This document shows positions 1 to 8,858 of a stretch of 64,000 nucleotides of DNA, one piece after another; position 1 is the stretch's first letter; every line of letters begins with the position of its first letter. This DNA comes from an uncultured Planctomycetales bacterium (GTDB lineage: Bacteria > 4484-113 > JAFGCY01), in the NCBI GenBank assembly GCA_964609245.1, contig CAZSSB010000001.1, positions 79,836-143,835 of the forward strand, given 5' to 3'. The position numbers and the translations under genes are program-made. The notes under the pieces were generated by a model. That model was not told the origin of the DNA. It did not search any database and was given only the letters and a program-made list of their open reading frames with translations.

Positions 1-1521
1 GTGGCTGCCGAGCTGGCGCTGATCGAGGCCCACGACGCATTCGGCCCCTCGCCGCTGCTGTCGATTACGGAGAACTACACCGAGGACTACACCCAGTACA
101 TACCGCGCGGCCACTACACGCGCACGGAGCAACGCGAGCGCTACTTCCGCACGCTGATGTGGTACGGCAGGATGAACCTGCGGCTCAAGGTGCCGGCCGA
201 GACGCGGCTGGCGCTGCTGATCACGCGGCTGTGCCATCTGACCGGATCCGGTGACAGCGCCGCCACCTCGCTGTGGGCCAGCGTTTACGACCCGACGGCG
301 TTTCTGGTCGGCCGCGCCGACGACCTGGGCATCCACGAATACACCGCCGTGGCGCGCGAGGTTTACGGCGACTCGCTGACGCTGGCCGACCTGGCCGACG
401 ACGAACTGCTGGGGCAGTTCTGCGAGCAGGCCAAGCAGCTGCCACCGCCGCAGGTCAACTCGATGTTCGTCGCGCCGGGCGAGGATATGGTGAAGGTGAC
501 CCACGGCTTCCGTTTCATGGGCCAGCGCTTCGTGCTGGACGCCTACATCTTCCAGCAGCTGCTCCACGACAAGGTCCTCGACCGCTATATGCCCAACGGG
601 CTGGACGTGCTGGCGGCCTTCGGCAATGACGAGGCGCTCGGCATCCTCGACGAGCTGGGCGAGACGGCCTATGCGAACTACGACAGCCAGATGGCGAAGG
701 TGCGCGGCGAGGTCGCCCAGCTCACGGAAGCGGACTGGACGCCCAACGTCTACTTCAGCTGGCTCTATACGCTCGACGGCGTGATCGCGGACAAGGGCGA
801 GGAGTACCCGCCGTTCATGCGGACGGCGGCCTGGACGCGCAAGGACCTGCACACCGCGCTGGGCAGCTGGGCGGAGCTCAAGCACGACACCATCCTCTAC
901 GCCAAGCAGGCCTATCCGATGGCGGGCGCGGCCCCGCCGGGCGAGGTGGTCTGGAACTGGGTCGAGCCCAATCCGCTGGCGTTCGCACGGCTCCGCGCCC
1001 TGGCCCAGCTGACCCGTGAGGGGCTCAGTCTGCGCGGCCTGCTGAGCAGCCAGCTCGACTCGCTGCTCGGCTCGCTGATCGAGCATCTGGTCAGCTTCCA
1101 GAGCATTGCCGAGCGCGAGCTGGCGGGCGAGGCCATCACCGAGGACGAGAACTGGCAGCTCAAGGGCTACGAGTGGTGGCTGGAGCATATGGTGGAGGAG
1201 TCGGGGGACTTCCAGGGCGAGCCCGATCCACACGGGATCATCGAGCCCGGCGACGAACCGGCGGCGATCATTGCCGACGTGGCCTCGGACTTCACCTTCA
1301 GCCAGGTGCGCGAGGTCGGCACGGGCCGGATCTTCGAGCTCTGCGTGGTGGTGCCCGACGGCTACGGGGGCCTGCAGGCGGCGCGCGGCGGGGTCTACTC
1401 CTACTACGAATTTACCTGGGCGATGGACGACCGCCTGACGGACGAGAAGTGGCGCGGGATGATCGACACCGGCGAGATTCCGGAGCGCCCATCCTGGACG
1501 GCGGAGTTCATCGCCGAGTAG
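1..1521 (+). CDS. Hypothetical protein, 5'-truncated by the window edge; resembles DUF3160-family proteins
   Basis: Frame is open from base 1 to the stop at 1519-1521, with G/C-rich third positions. The motif YIPRGHYTRT and the W/Y-rich C-terminal half recall DUF3160. The family call is from memory only. Confidence 0.55.
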   Translation: MAAELALIEAHDAFGPSPLLSITENYTEDYTQYIPRGHYTRTEQRERYFRTLMWYGRMNLRLKVPAETRLALLITRLCHLTGSGDSAATSLWASVYDPTAFLVGRADDLGIHEYTAVAREVYGDSLTLADLADDELLGQFCEQAKQLPPPQVNSMFVAPGEDMVKVTHGFRFMGQRFVLDAYIFQQLLHDKVLDRYMPNGLDVLAAFGNDEALGILDELGETAYANYDSQMAKVRGEVAQLTEADWTPNVYFSWLYTLDGVIADKGEEYPPFMRTAAWTRKDLHTALGSWAELKHDTILYAKQAYPMAGAAPPGEVVWNWVEPNPLAFARLRALAQLTREGLSLRGLLSSQLDSLLGSLIEHLVSFQSIAERELAGEAITEDENWQLKGYEWWLEHMVEESGDFQGEPDPHGIIEPGDEPAAIIADVASDFTFSQVREVGTGRIFELCVVVPDGYGGLQAARGGVYSYYEFTWAMDDRLTDEKWRGMIDTGEIPERPSWTAEFIAE

Positions 1522-1558
1522 TGGTGGAGCAGACCGGGGAGAGGAGTATGCTGTCTGC

Positions 1559-2377
1559 ATGACGGACGTGTCTGCTCCCTCGATCGCCGCCTGCACGCCG
1601 ACCATCGCCGCGCTGCTCGGCGCCGATCCGCCGGCGCTCAATAGCGCGCGGCCGCTGGAGACTGTGCTGGAAGCCGCGCGGCAGGCCTGTGGAGTTCGGC
1701 CGCTCGACCGCTGCCTGATCTATGCGCCGGACGCCGTCGGCGCCGTGCTCAGACGACGCAAGCTGGTGGACTTCGCCCCCGTGACTTCGCGTGCGCCGGT
1801 CGCGGTGCAGCTCCGGGCCGAGCTGCCCAGCAAGACGCCGGTTTGCTTTGCCTCGATGTTCACCGGCGCCTCGCCCGCGGCTCACGGCATCCGCCAGTAC
1901 GAGAAGCCCGTGCTGGCCTGTGACACGCTGTTCGACGCACTGCTGCATGCGGGCCGGCGGGTGGCGATCGTGGCGGTCAGGGACAGCAGCATCGATTGCA
2001 TCTTCCGCCAGCGCGAACTCGACCACTTCAGCGAGGACTACGACCCGGAGGTGACCGCCCGTACACTGGCGCTGCTGGAGCGCGACGAGCACCACTTCAT
2101 CCTGGCCTATCACCAGCAGTACGACGACACGCTGCACCGCACCACGCCGCTTGGCTCCGAGGCGCTGGCGGCGGCCCGGCGGCACGTCGACGCCTTTGCC
2201 GAATTGGCCGACGCCGCGCGCGAGCACTGGCGGGACCGCTCCTACGCGCTGGCCTTCACTCCCGACCACGGCGCGCACGTCGATGAGGAAACCGGCCGCG
2301 GCACCCACGGCTCCGACATGCCCGACGACCTGGACGTCTGGCACTACTGGGGCATGGGGGCGCCGGCGACTAGCTGA
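1559..2377 (+). CDS. Alkaline-phosphatase-superfamily enzyme, nucleotide pyrophosphatase/phosphodiesterase-like
   Basis: ATG at 1559. Motifs appear in the order expected for NPP-type enzymes: LIYAPDAVG (metal Asp), PSKTPVCFASMFTGASPAAHGI (nucleophile Thr plus HGI), YDDTLHRTTP, FTPDHGAH. Confidence 0.75.
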   Translation: MTDVSAPSIAACTPTIAALLGADPPALNSARPLETVLEAARQACGVRPLDRCLIYAPDAVGAVLRRRKLVDFAPVTSRAPVAVQLRAELPSKTPVCFASMFTGASPAAHGIRQYEKPVLACDTLFDALLHAGRRVAIVAVRDSSIDCIFRQRELDHFSEDYDPEVTARTLALLERDEHHFILAYHQQYDDTLHRTTPLGSEALAAARRHVDAFAELADAAREHWRDRSYALAFTPDHGAHVDEETGRGTHGSDMPDDLDVWHYWGMGAPATS

Positions 2378-2918
2378 TCGGTTCCATGATGGCGTCCAGC
2401 AGGGCCTCGGTTAGCTTGGGGTCGCGCTGCCGGTGGTTGAGGGCGGCCTGGATCAACTCCGGCGGCTGGCTGTACTGCTTGATCTGCAGCGCGAACTCGA
2501 CGTCGATGTCGATCAGCACGTCGAAGTAGCACCCGTTGGTCATGTAGACCTCGGTCAGGTAGTCCGGCGCGTAGTATGTTCTGGTCTCCGGCAGGTCGAG
2601 CCCCAGCGGGTTGCTCAGCCCCTTGCTCTTCGACCGGAGCCAGCCCAGCGGCTTCAGACAGCCCTCGACGTGGCTGACCACGCCCGGCCAGTCGCCGTCC
2701 TTGTCGAACACCACCAGCCAGATCGGGTCGGGATACTGCGCCGGATCCAGCTGGTGCATCGCGCTCGCCGGCTTTCTGAGCTGCCAGTCGGGATCGATCG
2801 TCAGCTGCGCGATCGGCCAGTCGGCGGGCAGCTCGTGGCTTGCACCGCTGTCAGCCGGACAGGCGCTCAGCAGGACGAGGAGAGGCACCAATGAAGCAGC
2901 GGCGGTCCTGACTCCCAT
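2370..2918 (-). CDS. Hypothetical lipoprotein
   Basis: N-terminus MGVRTAAASLVPLLVLLSAC has a signal peptide plus lipobox (LSAC). Codon bias is coherent. I recognised no family. Confidence 0.6.
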   Translation of the reverse strand: MGVRTAAASLVPLLVLLSACPADSGASHELPADWPIAQLTIDPDWQLRKPASAMHQLDPAQYPDPIWLVVFDKDGDWPGVVSHVEGCLKPLGWLRSKSKGLSNPLGLDLPETRTYYAPDYLTEVYMTNGCYFDVLIDIDVEFALQIKQYSQPPELIQAALNHRQRDPKLTEALLDAIMEPIS

Positions 2919-2949
2919 GCGGCGAGTATAGCGTCCCGCCGTGGCCGGC

Positions 2950-3942
2950 TCAGCGCAGCACTGCGCCTTTCAGCCGCCACACTATGTTCAGCCCCAGCGC
3001 GTAGCACCAGGGCCCCAGCAGACCCGCCGGCAGCGCCCCCCACATCAGCAGGTCCAGCGGCCGCCGCCTCAGCCAGCGCCAGGCGTAGCGCAGGCCATCG
3101 CAACGCCGGCCCGCCAGGAAGCTGTAGGTGACCCCCAGCACCAGCACGCGCCGCAGCAATGCGGGTGACAACCGTGCGAGGTCGCGTTCCTGCTCGTCAA
3201 TCACGACCCCGATCGCATCAGCCTGATCAGCCGCCTCCGGAATCAACTGCCAGGGGCTCGGCCCGCTCATCCGGTTGGGTGCATCACTGTGGCGCAGCAG
3301 CAGCGCCTCGCCCACGCTGCGCGTGCGAAAGCGGCGGCCGAACCGATACCAGTAGGCGGTTTCCCAGGCGCGGCTGTCCGGAAACCTGAGCTCAGCAAAC
3401 GTCGAGCGCCGGGTGCAGGTCAGCAGTTCCACCTGCCGGCGCATCCGCTCGCGGCGCCGGAGGAACGTCTCGTAGTCCCAGACCTCGTCGATCAGCGGCG
3501 GCTGCGGCGACAGACTGCCGTCGTCCAGCCGGTGCATGAACACCAGGCGGCTGATCTCGGGTGGAGTGGCAACCGCCAGCTCGTGCATCCGGTTCAGCGC
3601 GCCGGGCAGCAGCTCATCGTCGCTGTCGAAGGTGACCACCCATTCGCCGCGGGCGTGGGCGGCGCCCGTGTTGCGTGCCGGGCAGCAGCCCCGGTTGACC
3701 TCATGCCGCACCAGCCGCACCCGCGGGTCGCTGTAGCTCGCGACGGCCTCCGCGCTGCCGTCCGTGCTGCCGTCGTCAACGACGATCACCTCGAAGTCCG
3801 CGAAGTCCTGGCTGAGCACGCTGGTGAGCGCGCGGCGGATCAGCCGCGCGCGGTTGAGGCACGGAATCACGACGCTGAGCAGCGGCGCGTCGCCCGTTGC
3901 CGCCCTGGTGCTGCCGCCTACCATCCCCGTTGAGCATAGCAT
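2950..3942 (-). CDS. Family-2 glycosyltransferase
   Basis: Only the C-terminal 330 aa of track ORF 2950..5097 look real, starting at the ATG at 3942 (MLCSTGM). They carry the classic GT2 signature LLSVVIPCLNRARLIRRALTSVLSQDFADFEVIVVDDGSTDGS and FDSDDE. The upstream part of the ORF is antisense to the capD-like gene. Confidence 0.85.
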   Translation of the reverse strand: MLCSTGMVGGSTRAATGDAPLLSVVIPCLNRARLIRRALTSVLSQDFADFEVIVVDDGSTDGSAEAVASYSDPRVRLVRHEVNRGCCPARNTGAAHARGEWVVTFDSDDELLPGALNRMHELAVATPPEISRLVFMHRLDDGSLSPQPPLIDEVWDYETFLRRRERMRRQVELLTCTRRSTFAELRFPDSRAWETAYWYRFGRRFRTRSVGEALLLRHSDAPNRMSGPSPWQLIPEAADQADAIGVVIDEQERDLARLSPALLRRVLVLGVTYSFLAGRRCDGLRYAWRWLRRRPLDLLMWGALPAGLLGPWCYALGLNIVWRLKGAVLR

Positions 3943-3999
3943 TGGCAGCCCGGCGGGGATGGGCAAAGCCGCGCCGTGCCATAGCCGATAATATAGGCA

Positions 4000-5139
4000 G
4001 TGACGAAGTACAAGGAGCGGCACAAGCTCAAGGAGGCGGCCGAGCGGATCGCGGCCGCCAACCAGTTGGCCGCCGATCGCCTCAGCCCGATGACCTTTCC
4101 CAAATCGCTGGAAGAGGCCTTCCACAACAAGGCGATCCTGGTCACCGGCGGGACGGGCTCGATCGGCCGCGAGATTGTCAGCCAGGTGCTTGAGTATCAG
4201 CCGCGCGTGGTGCGCGTCCTGTCGCGCAACGAGTACAACCAGTACCAGATGCGCCGCGACTTCGGCGACCGACCGGACCTGCGCTTCCTGGTCGGCGACG
4301 TCCGCGAGCGCGAGCGGATGCTCAGGGCCTGCGAGGACGTCGAGGTGGTGTTCCACGCCGGCGCCCTCAAGCACGTCGAGATCTGCGAGTACAACCCCTT
4401 CGAGGCGGTCAAGACCAACGTGATCGGCACCCAGAACGTGGTTGAGGCCGCGCTGGACTACAACATGGAGCTGGTGGTCGGGATCAGCACGGACAAGGCC
4501 GTCAGCCCGACCAATACCATGGGGGCCACCAAGCTGCTGGGCGAGCGCGTGATCCTCAGCGCCAGCCAGTACAAGGGCGACCGTCGCACGCGCTTCTGCG
4601 TGATCCGGTTCGGCAATGTGCTGGCCAGCCGCGGCAGCGCGATTCCGTTGTTCATCGATCAGATCCGCGGCGGCGGGCCGGTGACGCTGACGCACCGCGA
4701 CGCGCGGCGCTTCTTCATGAGCATCCCCCAGGCGGTGGAACTGGCGCTTAAGGCCAGCCTCGACGCTCGCGGCGGCGAGATCTACATCCTCAAGATGCCG
4801 GTGCTCAAGATCAGCGACCTGATCCAGGCGCTGATCCGCATCTACGCGCCGCGCTTCGGGCGCAAGGCCGAGGATATCGCGGTTACGGAGATCGGCATGC
4901 TGCCGGGCGAGAAGCTGTTCGAGGCCCTGATGACGCCCGAGGAGGCGCTGTGCGCCACCGAGCATGAGGATTACTACAAGGTTGAGCCGCTGAAGGCGAT
5001 GGACCGCACCGGTCGCGAGGGGGCGCCTGCGGGCTATGACAGCGCCGTCGAGCCGTTGCTCAGCGTTGACGAAATCATGGACATGCTGGACAATCACGGC
5101 TTGGTTGAGGTGTTCCTTGAGGCACTTCCCCAGAATTAG
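4000..5139 (+). CDS. Polysaccharide biosynthesis protein, CapD/PseB-type UDP-sugar 4,6-dehydratase (short-chain dehydrogenase fold)
   Basis: Contains NKAILVTGGTGSIGREI (Rossmann), STDKAVSPTNTMGATK (catalytic YxxxK-type region in CapD-like form) and FGNVLASRGS. The start is uncertain: GTG at 4000 or the in-frame ATG at 4090 (MTFPKSLEEAF), which fits typical family length better. Confidence 0.85.
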   Translation: MTKYKERHKLKEAAERIAAANQLAADRLSPMTFPKSLEEAFHNKAILVTGGTGSIGREIVSQVLEYQPRVVRVLSRNEYNQYQMRRDFGDRPDLRFLVGDVRERERMLRACEDVEVVFHAGALKHVEICEYNPFEAVKTNVIGTQNVVEAALDYNMELVVGISTDKAVSPTNTMGATKLLGERVILSASQYKGDRRTRFCVIRFGNVLASRGSAIPLFIDQIRGGGPVTLTHRDARRFFMSIPQAVELALKASLDARGGEIYILKMPVLKISDLIQALIRIYAPRFGRKAEDIAVTEIGMLPGEKLFEALMTPEEALCATEHEDYYKVEPLKAMDRTGREGAPAGYDSAVEPLLSVDEIMDMLDNHGLVEVFLEALPQN

Positions 5140-5167
5140 ATGGTCTAAGCACGCGGCAGCCCGCCTG

Positions 5168-5431
5168 ATGTCATATACCGGCGACGTCTACGACACACCT
5201 CCCCCGATCGTCCGTGCGGCGATGACCGTCGCCTGCGCCTTCGGCGCGATCCTGATGCTCTGGCAGCTGTTCCAGGTCGGCTTCGTGATCTCGATCATCC
5301 TGACCATCGCCGGGCTGATTCTGTCCGTCTATCTGGTCTGGAGCGTGCCGCGCGCCAGCCAGACCGCGCTGGCCACCGTCGGCTACTGGGCGCTGCTGGG
5401 CGGGCTGGCGCTGTTTCTGCCGTTCGGCTAG
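5168..5431 (+). CDS. Small integral membrane protein (about 87 aa), unknown function
   Basis: ATG at 5168 lies inside track ORF 5036..5431. It has two or three hydrophobic spans (AAMTVACAFGAILMLWQLF, VISIILTIAGLILSVYLVW, YWALLGGLALFLPF) and sits between capD-like and sugar-transferase genes. Confidence 0.5.
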   Translation: MSYTGDVYDTPPPIVRAAMTVACAFGAILMLWQLFQVGFVISIILTIAGLILSVYLVWSVPRASQTALATVGYWALLGGLALFLPFG

Positions 5432-5482
5432 CGCCACCGCCGCGGCGGGCTCACTTCGCGCGGACTCCGATACAATGGATCC

Positions 5483-6784
5483 ATGCCACGCGGCGTATCC
5501 TGGTGGCACGTGCTGCTCGACGCGGCGCTGATCGCGCTGGCGTTCGTGGCCGCCCACGGGCTGCGGTTCGCCAGCGGCTGGATCGCGGCGCCGCTGGGCG
5601 TCATCCCGCTCGAGCAGTGGCTGCTGCTGCTGCTCTACTCGCTGCCGCTCTGGCTGCTGATCGCGGCGCTGCACGGCCTGTACTACACGCGGCTCAGGCA
5701 GTCCCTGAGCGCCGAGCTGGGCGCGCTGACCCACAGTGTCGCCGAGGGGCTGCTGGGCACCATCCTGCTGACGTTCGCGCTGCGCGGGCTGCCCGACAGC
5801 CGCCTGGCGCTGCTGCTGACCGTCGCGCTTTCCTGGCTGTGGCTGGCGGGGTATCGCTGGCTGTGGCGCCGGCTGGCCCGGCGACGCCCGCGGGCAATGG
5901 TGCTCGGCGATTCGCCACTGGCCGGCTACCTGCGGCGCCAGCTTGCCGGCCCGGCCGCGCGCTTCAGCCTGGCCGGCGCCAGCGAGAGTGCCGCCGAGTT
6001 TCAGCCGGAGCTGTGCGACGCGGTGTTCTGCGACGCTGCGCTGGCCGAGCAGCTGTGGCGGCGGCTGCCCGACGGTCCGGCGGAGCTGAGTGTCTACCTG
6101 CTGCCGGAGGGCGACTCGGCGGGCACGGCGGCGCTGAGCGTGGCGACCGTCGAGGGCGTGCCGACGCTGGCGGTCAAGAGCGCCGCCGACCTCATGATGA
6201 TGCGCCGCGCGAAGCGCGTGCTGGACGTCGGCGGGGCGCTGCTGCTGCTGATCCTGACCTCGCCGCTGTGGCTCTTTTCGGTGCTGGGCATCGCGCTGAG
6301 CATGCCCGGCCCCGTCTTCTTCAGCCACCGGCGGCTGGGGCTGCTGGGCGAGCCGTTCAGGCTGCTCAAGTTCCGCTCGATGGTCCGCGACGCCCACAAG
6401 ATCGCCGTCGATCTCGACGAGTTCGATGACAAGTACAAGCTGAAGCACGATCCGCGGATCACCCGCTTCGGCCGCCTGCTTCGCAAGCTGAGCCTCGACG
6501 AACTGCCGCAGCTGATCAACATCCTGCGCGGCGAGCTGAGCCTGGTCGGCCCGCGACCGATCGTGGACGACGAGGTGCCGAGGTACGGTCCGTGGGGGCG
6601 GCTGCTGCTGACGGTGCCGCCGGGGCTGACCGGGCTGTGGCAGGTCAGCGGGCGCTCAGACACCAGCTACCAGCAGCGCATCGACTTCGACCTCTACTAC
6701 ATCAACAACTGGAGCCTCGGCCTCGACCTGCTGATCCTGCTCAGAACCATCCCGGCCGTGCTGAGCCGCAAGGGCGCGTACTGA
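5483..6784 (+). CDS. Polyprenyl-phosphate glycosylphosphotransferase (WbaP/exopolysaccharide-initiating sugar transferase family)
   Basis: N-terminal TM bundle plus a C-terminal bacterial sugar-transferase domain: KRVLDVGGALLLLILTSPLWL, FRLLKFRSM, DPRITRFGRLLRKLSLDELPQLINILRGELSLVGPRP, PGLTGLWQVSGRS. Confidence 0.9.
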   Translation: MPRGVSWWHVLLDAALIALAFVAAHGLRFASGWIAAPLGVIPLEQWLLLLLYSLPLWLLIAALHGLYYTRLRQSLSAELGALTHSVAEGLLGTILLTFALRGLPDSRLALLLTVALSWLWLAGYRWLWRRLARRRPRAMVLGDSPLAGYLRRQLAGPAARFSLAGASESAAEFQPELCDAVFCDAALAEQLWRRLPDGPAELSVYLLPEGDSAGTAALSVATVEGVPTLAVKSAADLMMMRRAKRVLDVGGALLLLILTSPLWLFSVLGIALSMPGPVFFSHRRLGLLGEPFRLLKFRSMVRDAHKIAVDLDEFDDKYKLKHDPRITRFGRLLRKLSLDELPQLINILRGELSLVGPRPIVDDEVPRYGPWGRLLLTVPPGLTGLWQVSGRSDTSYQQRIDFDLYYINNWSLGLDLLILLRTIPAVLSRKGAY

Positions 6785-6800
6785 TTCCGGTTTGGGCACT

Positions 6801-6825
6801 ACAGAGATCACAGAGAGCACAGAGG
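6801..6825. repeat. Three tandem 9-nt units ACAGAGAtc / ACAGAGAgc / ACAGAGg in the intergenic region
   Basis: Read directly at 6801-6825, between the sugar-transferase stop (6784) and the maf start (6927). Confidence 0.7.
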
Positions 6826-6897
6826 TGGGATGGGAGTAGGGGGCAGGCTTGCCTGACCCACCTTGAAATGCGGGCGAGGCGAGCCTCGCCCCTACTC
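6824..6897 (+). other. Intergenic element with interleaved complementary segments (possible structured RNA or terminator-like element)
   Basis: ggtggg (6824-6829) is complementary to cccacc (6857-6862). gagtagggg (6834-6842) is complementary to cccctactc (6889-6897). ggcgagg (6873-6879) is complementary to cctcgcc (6884-6890). The first two pairs are interleaved (1-2-1'-2'). Confidence 0.35.
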
Positions 6898-6926
6898 ATG
6901 AGTCTAGGCGATGCTAACATGACCGC

Positions 6927-7511
6927 ATGCGGCTGATTCTCGCTTCCACCTCGCCCCGGCGCCGCGAGCTGCTGGCGACGCTCGGCCTCAGCTTCGACGC
7001 CCTGCCCGCGGCCGACGTCGACGAGGCGCGCATCCTGGCGGAGTGCGACGGGCCGCTTGCTCAGTGCCTGCAGCATCTGGCGTGGCTCAAGGGCGAGGCC
7101 GCCGCCGCTGCGCATCCGCGGGCCCTGGTGCTGAGCGCCGACACCGTGGTGGAGATCGAGGGCGACCTGCTGGGCAAACCCGCCGGTGAAGCCGACGCGC
7201 GCTCGATGCTTGAGCGCCTCAGCAACCGGGAGCATCGCGTGCACACCGGCGTGGCGGTGCAGCTTGCCAGCGACGGGCTGCTCCACTCAGGCTGCGAAAC
7301 CACGCGCGTGTTCTTCGCGCGGCTGAGCGCAGATACTGTCGCGCGCTACGTCGCGAGCGGCGAGCCGACCGGCAAGGCCGGCGCCTACGCCATCCAGGGC
7401 CGCGGCGCGCTGCTGGTCGAGCGCATCGACGGCGACTACAGCAACGTGGTCGGCCTGCCGCTCAGACTCACCGCCCGCCTGCTGGCTGCGGCGGGGATGG
7501 GAGTGCTGTAG
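6927..7511 (+). CDS. maf: Maf-family nucleoside triphosphate pyrophosphatase (septum formation protein Maf)
   Basis: MRLILASTSPRRRELL at the N-terminus, plus SADTVV, GKP, AGAYAIQG and NVVGLP. These are the canonical Maf motifs in order, and the 194-aa length is typical. Confidence 0.9.
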   Translation: MRLILASTSPRRRELLATLGLSFDALPAADVDEARILAECDGPLAQCLQHLAWLKGEAAAAAHPRALVLSADTVVEIEGDLLGKPAGEADARSMLERLSNREHRVHTGVAVQLASDGLLHSGCETTRVFFARLSADTVARYVASGEPTGKAGAYAIQGRGALLVERIDGDYSNVVGLPLRLTARLLAAAGMGVL

Positions 7512-7519
7512 GATTCGCC

Positions 7520-8305
7520 TCAGAACCCCAGCTTGATGCGCTGGCCCTCGGGCTTGGTGCGCAGGGGGGTCTGGGGCGCGGCGTAGCGCAGCGAGCGCAC
7601 TTTGTCGTCCAGCGACTGCTGCAGGCCGTCGTCCCAGATCTCGTGCTCCATGCAATGCGCCGCGATGTTGCGGCCCAGCCACTGGGCGTGGCGCAGGTGC
7701 GGAGTGAGTTCGATCAGCCGCTCCAGGTCGCGACGCTGGCAGCGCTCCTCCAGCAGCGCGATCATCACCTTGAAGCGCTGGCGGCTGAAGTCGCGCATGA
7801 AGTCGATCGGCTGGGTCACGAAGTAGCGGTAGCCCTTCTTCAGGTAGTCCAGCTCGCCGGCGCTGAACGCCCACATGCCGACGTAGGTCCAGGTCTGGTG
7901 GTCGATGTCCTCGGGCGGCACCTTGTTCCACAGGCGGTCCACCTCGGCGCGGTCCAGCACCAGCACGCCGCAGGCGTGCGCCCAGCAGCGCAGCGAGAGC
8001 AGCACCCGGGCCTGGACGATCTCGGCCAGCCAGGAGCCGACGTCGCGCGACAGGCGGTGCAGCGCCTCGCGGATCAGCTCGGCGCGGCGCTCGGGATCGG
8101 TCGCGAAGCTCTCCTCGATCTCGTGCTCCAGGTACTCCAGGTAGATGCTGATCGCCAGCCGCTCGCCCTCGTCGGCATCCAGGCCGTGCCAGGCCTCCCA
8201 GGCCTCCACCAGCCGCTGGCGGCAGACGTTCTCCTGGCGGCGGTAAAGGCCGTCCCAGATCGGTTCGCGCCACTGTTTGAGATACTCATCAATGCGTTCA
8301 AGCAT
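7520..8305 (-). CDS. Hypothetical cytoplasmic protein
   Basis: Likely start is the ATG at 8305 (MLERIDEYLKQW) inside track ORF 7520..8407. Codon bias is coherent and the protein is acidic and helical. I recognised no family. Confidence 0.55.
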   Translation of the reverse strand: MLERIDEYLKQWREPIWDGLYRRQENVCRQRLVEAWEAWHGLDADEGERLAISIYLEYLEHEIEESFATDPERRAELIREALHRLSRDVGSWLAEIVQARVLLSLRCWAHACGVLVLDRAEVDRLWNKVPPEDIDHQTWTYVGMWAFSAGELDYLKKGYRYFVTQPIDFMRDFSRQRFKVMIALLEERCQRRDLERLIELTPHLRHAQWLGRNIAAHCMEHEIWDDGLQQSLDDKVRSLRYAAPQTPLRTKPEGQRIKLGF

Positions 8306-8478
8306 CCGCCAGCACCGCACTCGTCGGAAGTTCCGCACAATGATACCCCAGGGGGCGTGACTGCAAACGAGTGGCACCGCCGCACAGAGGCACGCCGATA
8401 GGTGCACGGGGAGGGCTGTCGGATATACACTAGATGGCGTAGCCGTTCGCGGCAGCCCGCCGGACTCAGGAGGACCGC

Positions 8479-8829
8479 ATGCGGAGAAGGACCAAGCTGG
8501 CCGTGGTGATCAGCCACATGTTCTCGCGCAAGGCGCTGGGCTACCGCGCCTTCACCGTCACCTGGACCTACTTCGCCGTGGTGCTCTGGAACTGGATCTA
8601 CTTCCGCGAGCTGGCCTTCACCGAGTCACTGGAGGTCACAGCCACCATCGTGATCGGCAAGTTCGTCTTCTACGGCATCTGGGAGTACTTCCACCTCAAG
8701 GAGGTCGATCTTGCCGCCGTCTACGACCTCGAGGACCACGAGCGCGTCGACATGCTGGTGGTGGCCGTCGACGAGGAGGGTCACACCCACATCGAATCGC
8801 TGGAGGATCACCCGCCGGGTCACGCCTGA
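8479..8829 (+). CDS. Small membrane protein, possibly DUF2061-like
   Basis: Two hydrophobic helices (FTVTWTYFAVVLWNWIYF, VTATIVIGKFVFYGIWEYF) are followed by an acidic tail. The DUF2061 resemblance is weak and from memory. Confidence 0.45.
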   Translation: MRRRTKLAVVISHMFSRKALGYRAFTVTWTYFAVVLWNWIYFRELAFTESLEVTATIVIGKFVFYGIWEYFHLKEVDLAAVYDLEDHERVDMLVVAVDEEGHTHIESLEDHPPGHA

Positions 8830-8858
8830 CGGTTAGTTCCGCCTTGCTGACCGCAGTG

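Noticed and set aside
3943-5097. N-terminal 385 aa of the 715-aa track ORF 2950..5097 (minus strand).
   Set aside because: This part is antisense to the well-supported CapD-like gene and is R/A/H/L-rich nonsense. The GT2 signature begins right after the internal ATG at 3942, which gives a normal 330-aa enzyme.
5171-6448. A 425-aa minus-strand ORF opposite the sugar-transferase gene. The same pattern applies to other long antisense ORFs: 12558..13973, 16555..17748, 26892..28454, 29372..30565, 32019..33011, 34020..35117, 35602..37014, 46257..47507, 46420..47673, 49668..50432, 53575..54597, 58894..60426 and 62167..63543.
   Set aside because: Each lies opposite, or out of frame to, a gene with clear family motifs and encodes Arg/Gly/Ala/Gln/His-rich low-complexity sequence. 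None has a recognisable domain or a good start context.
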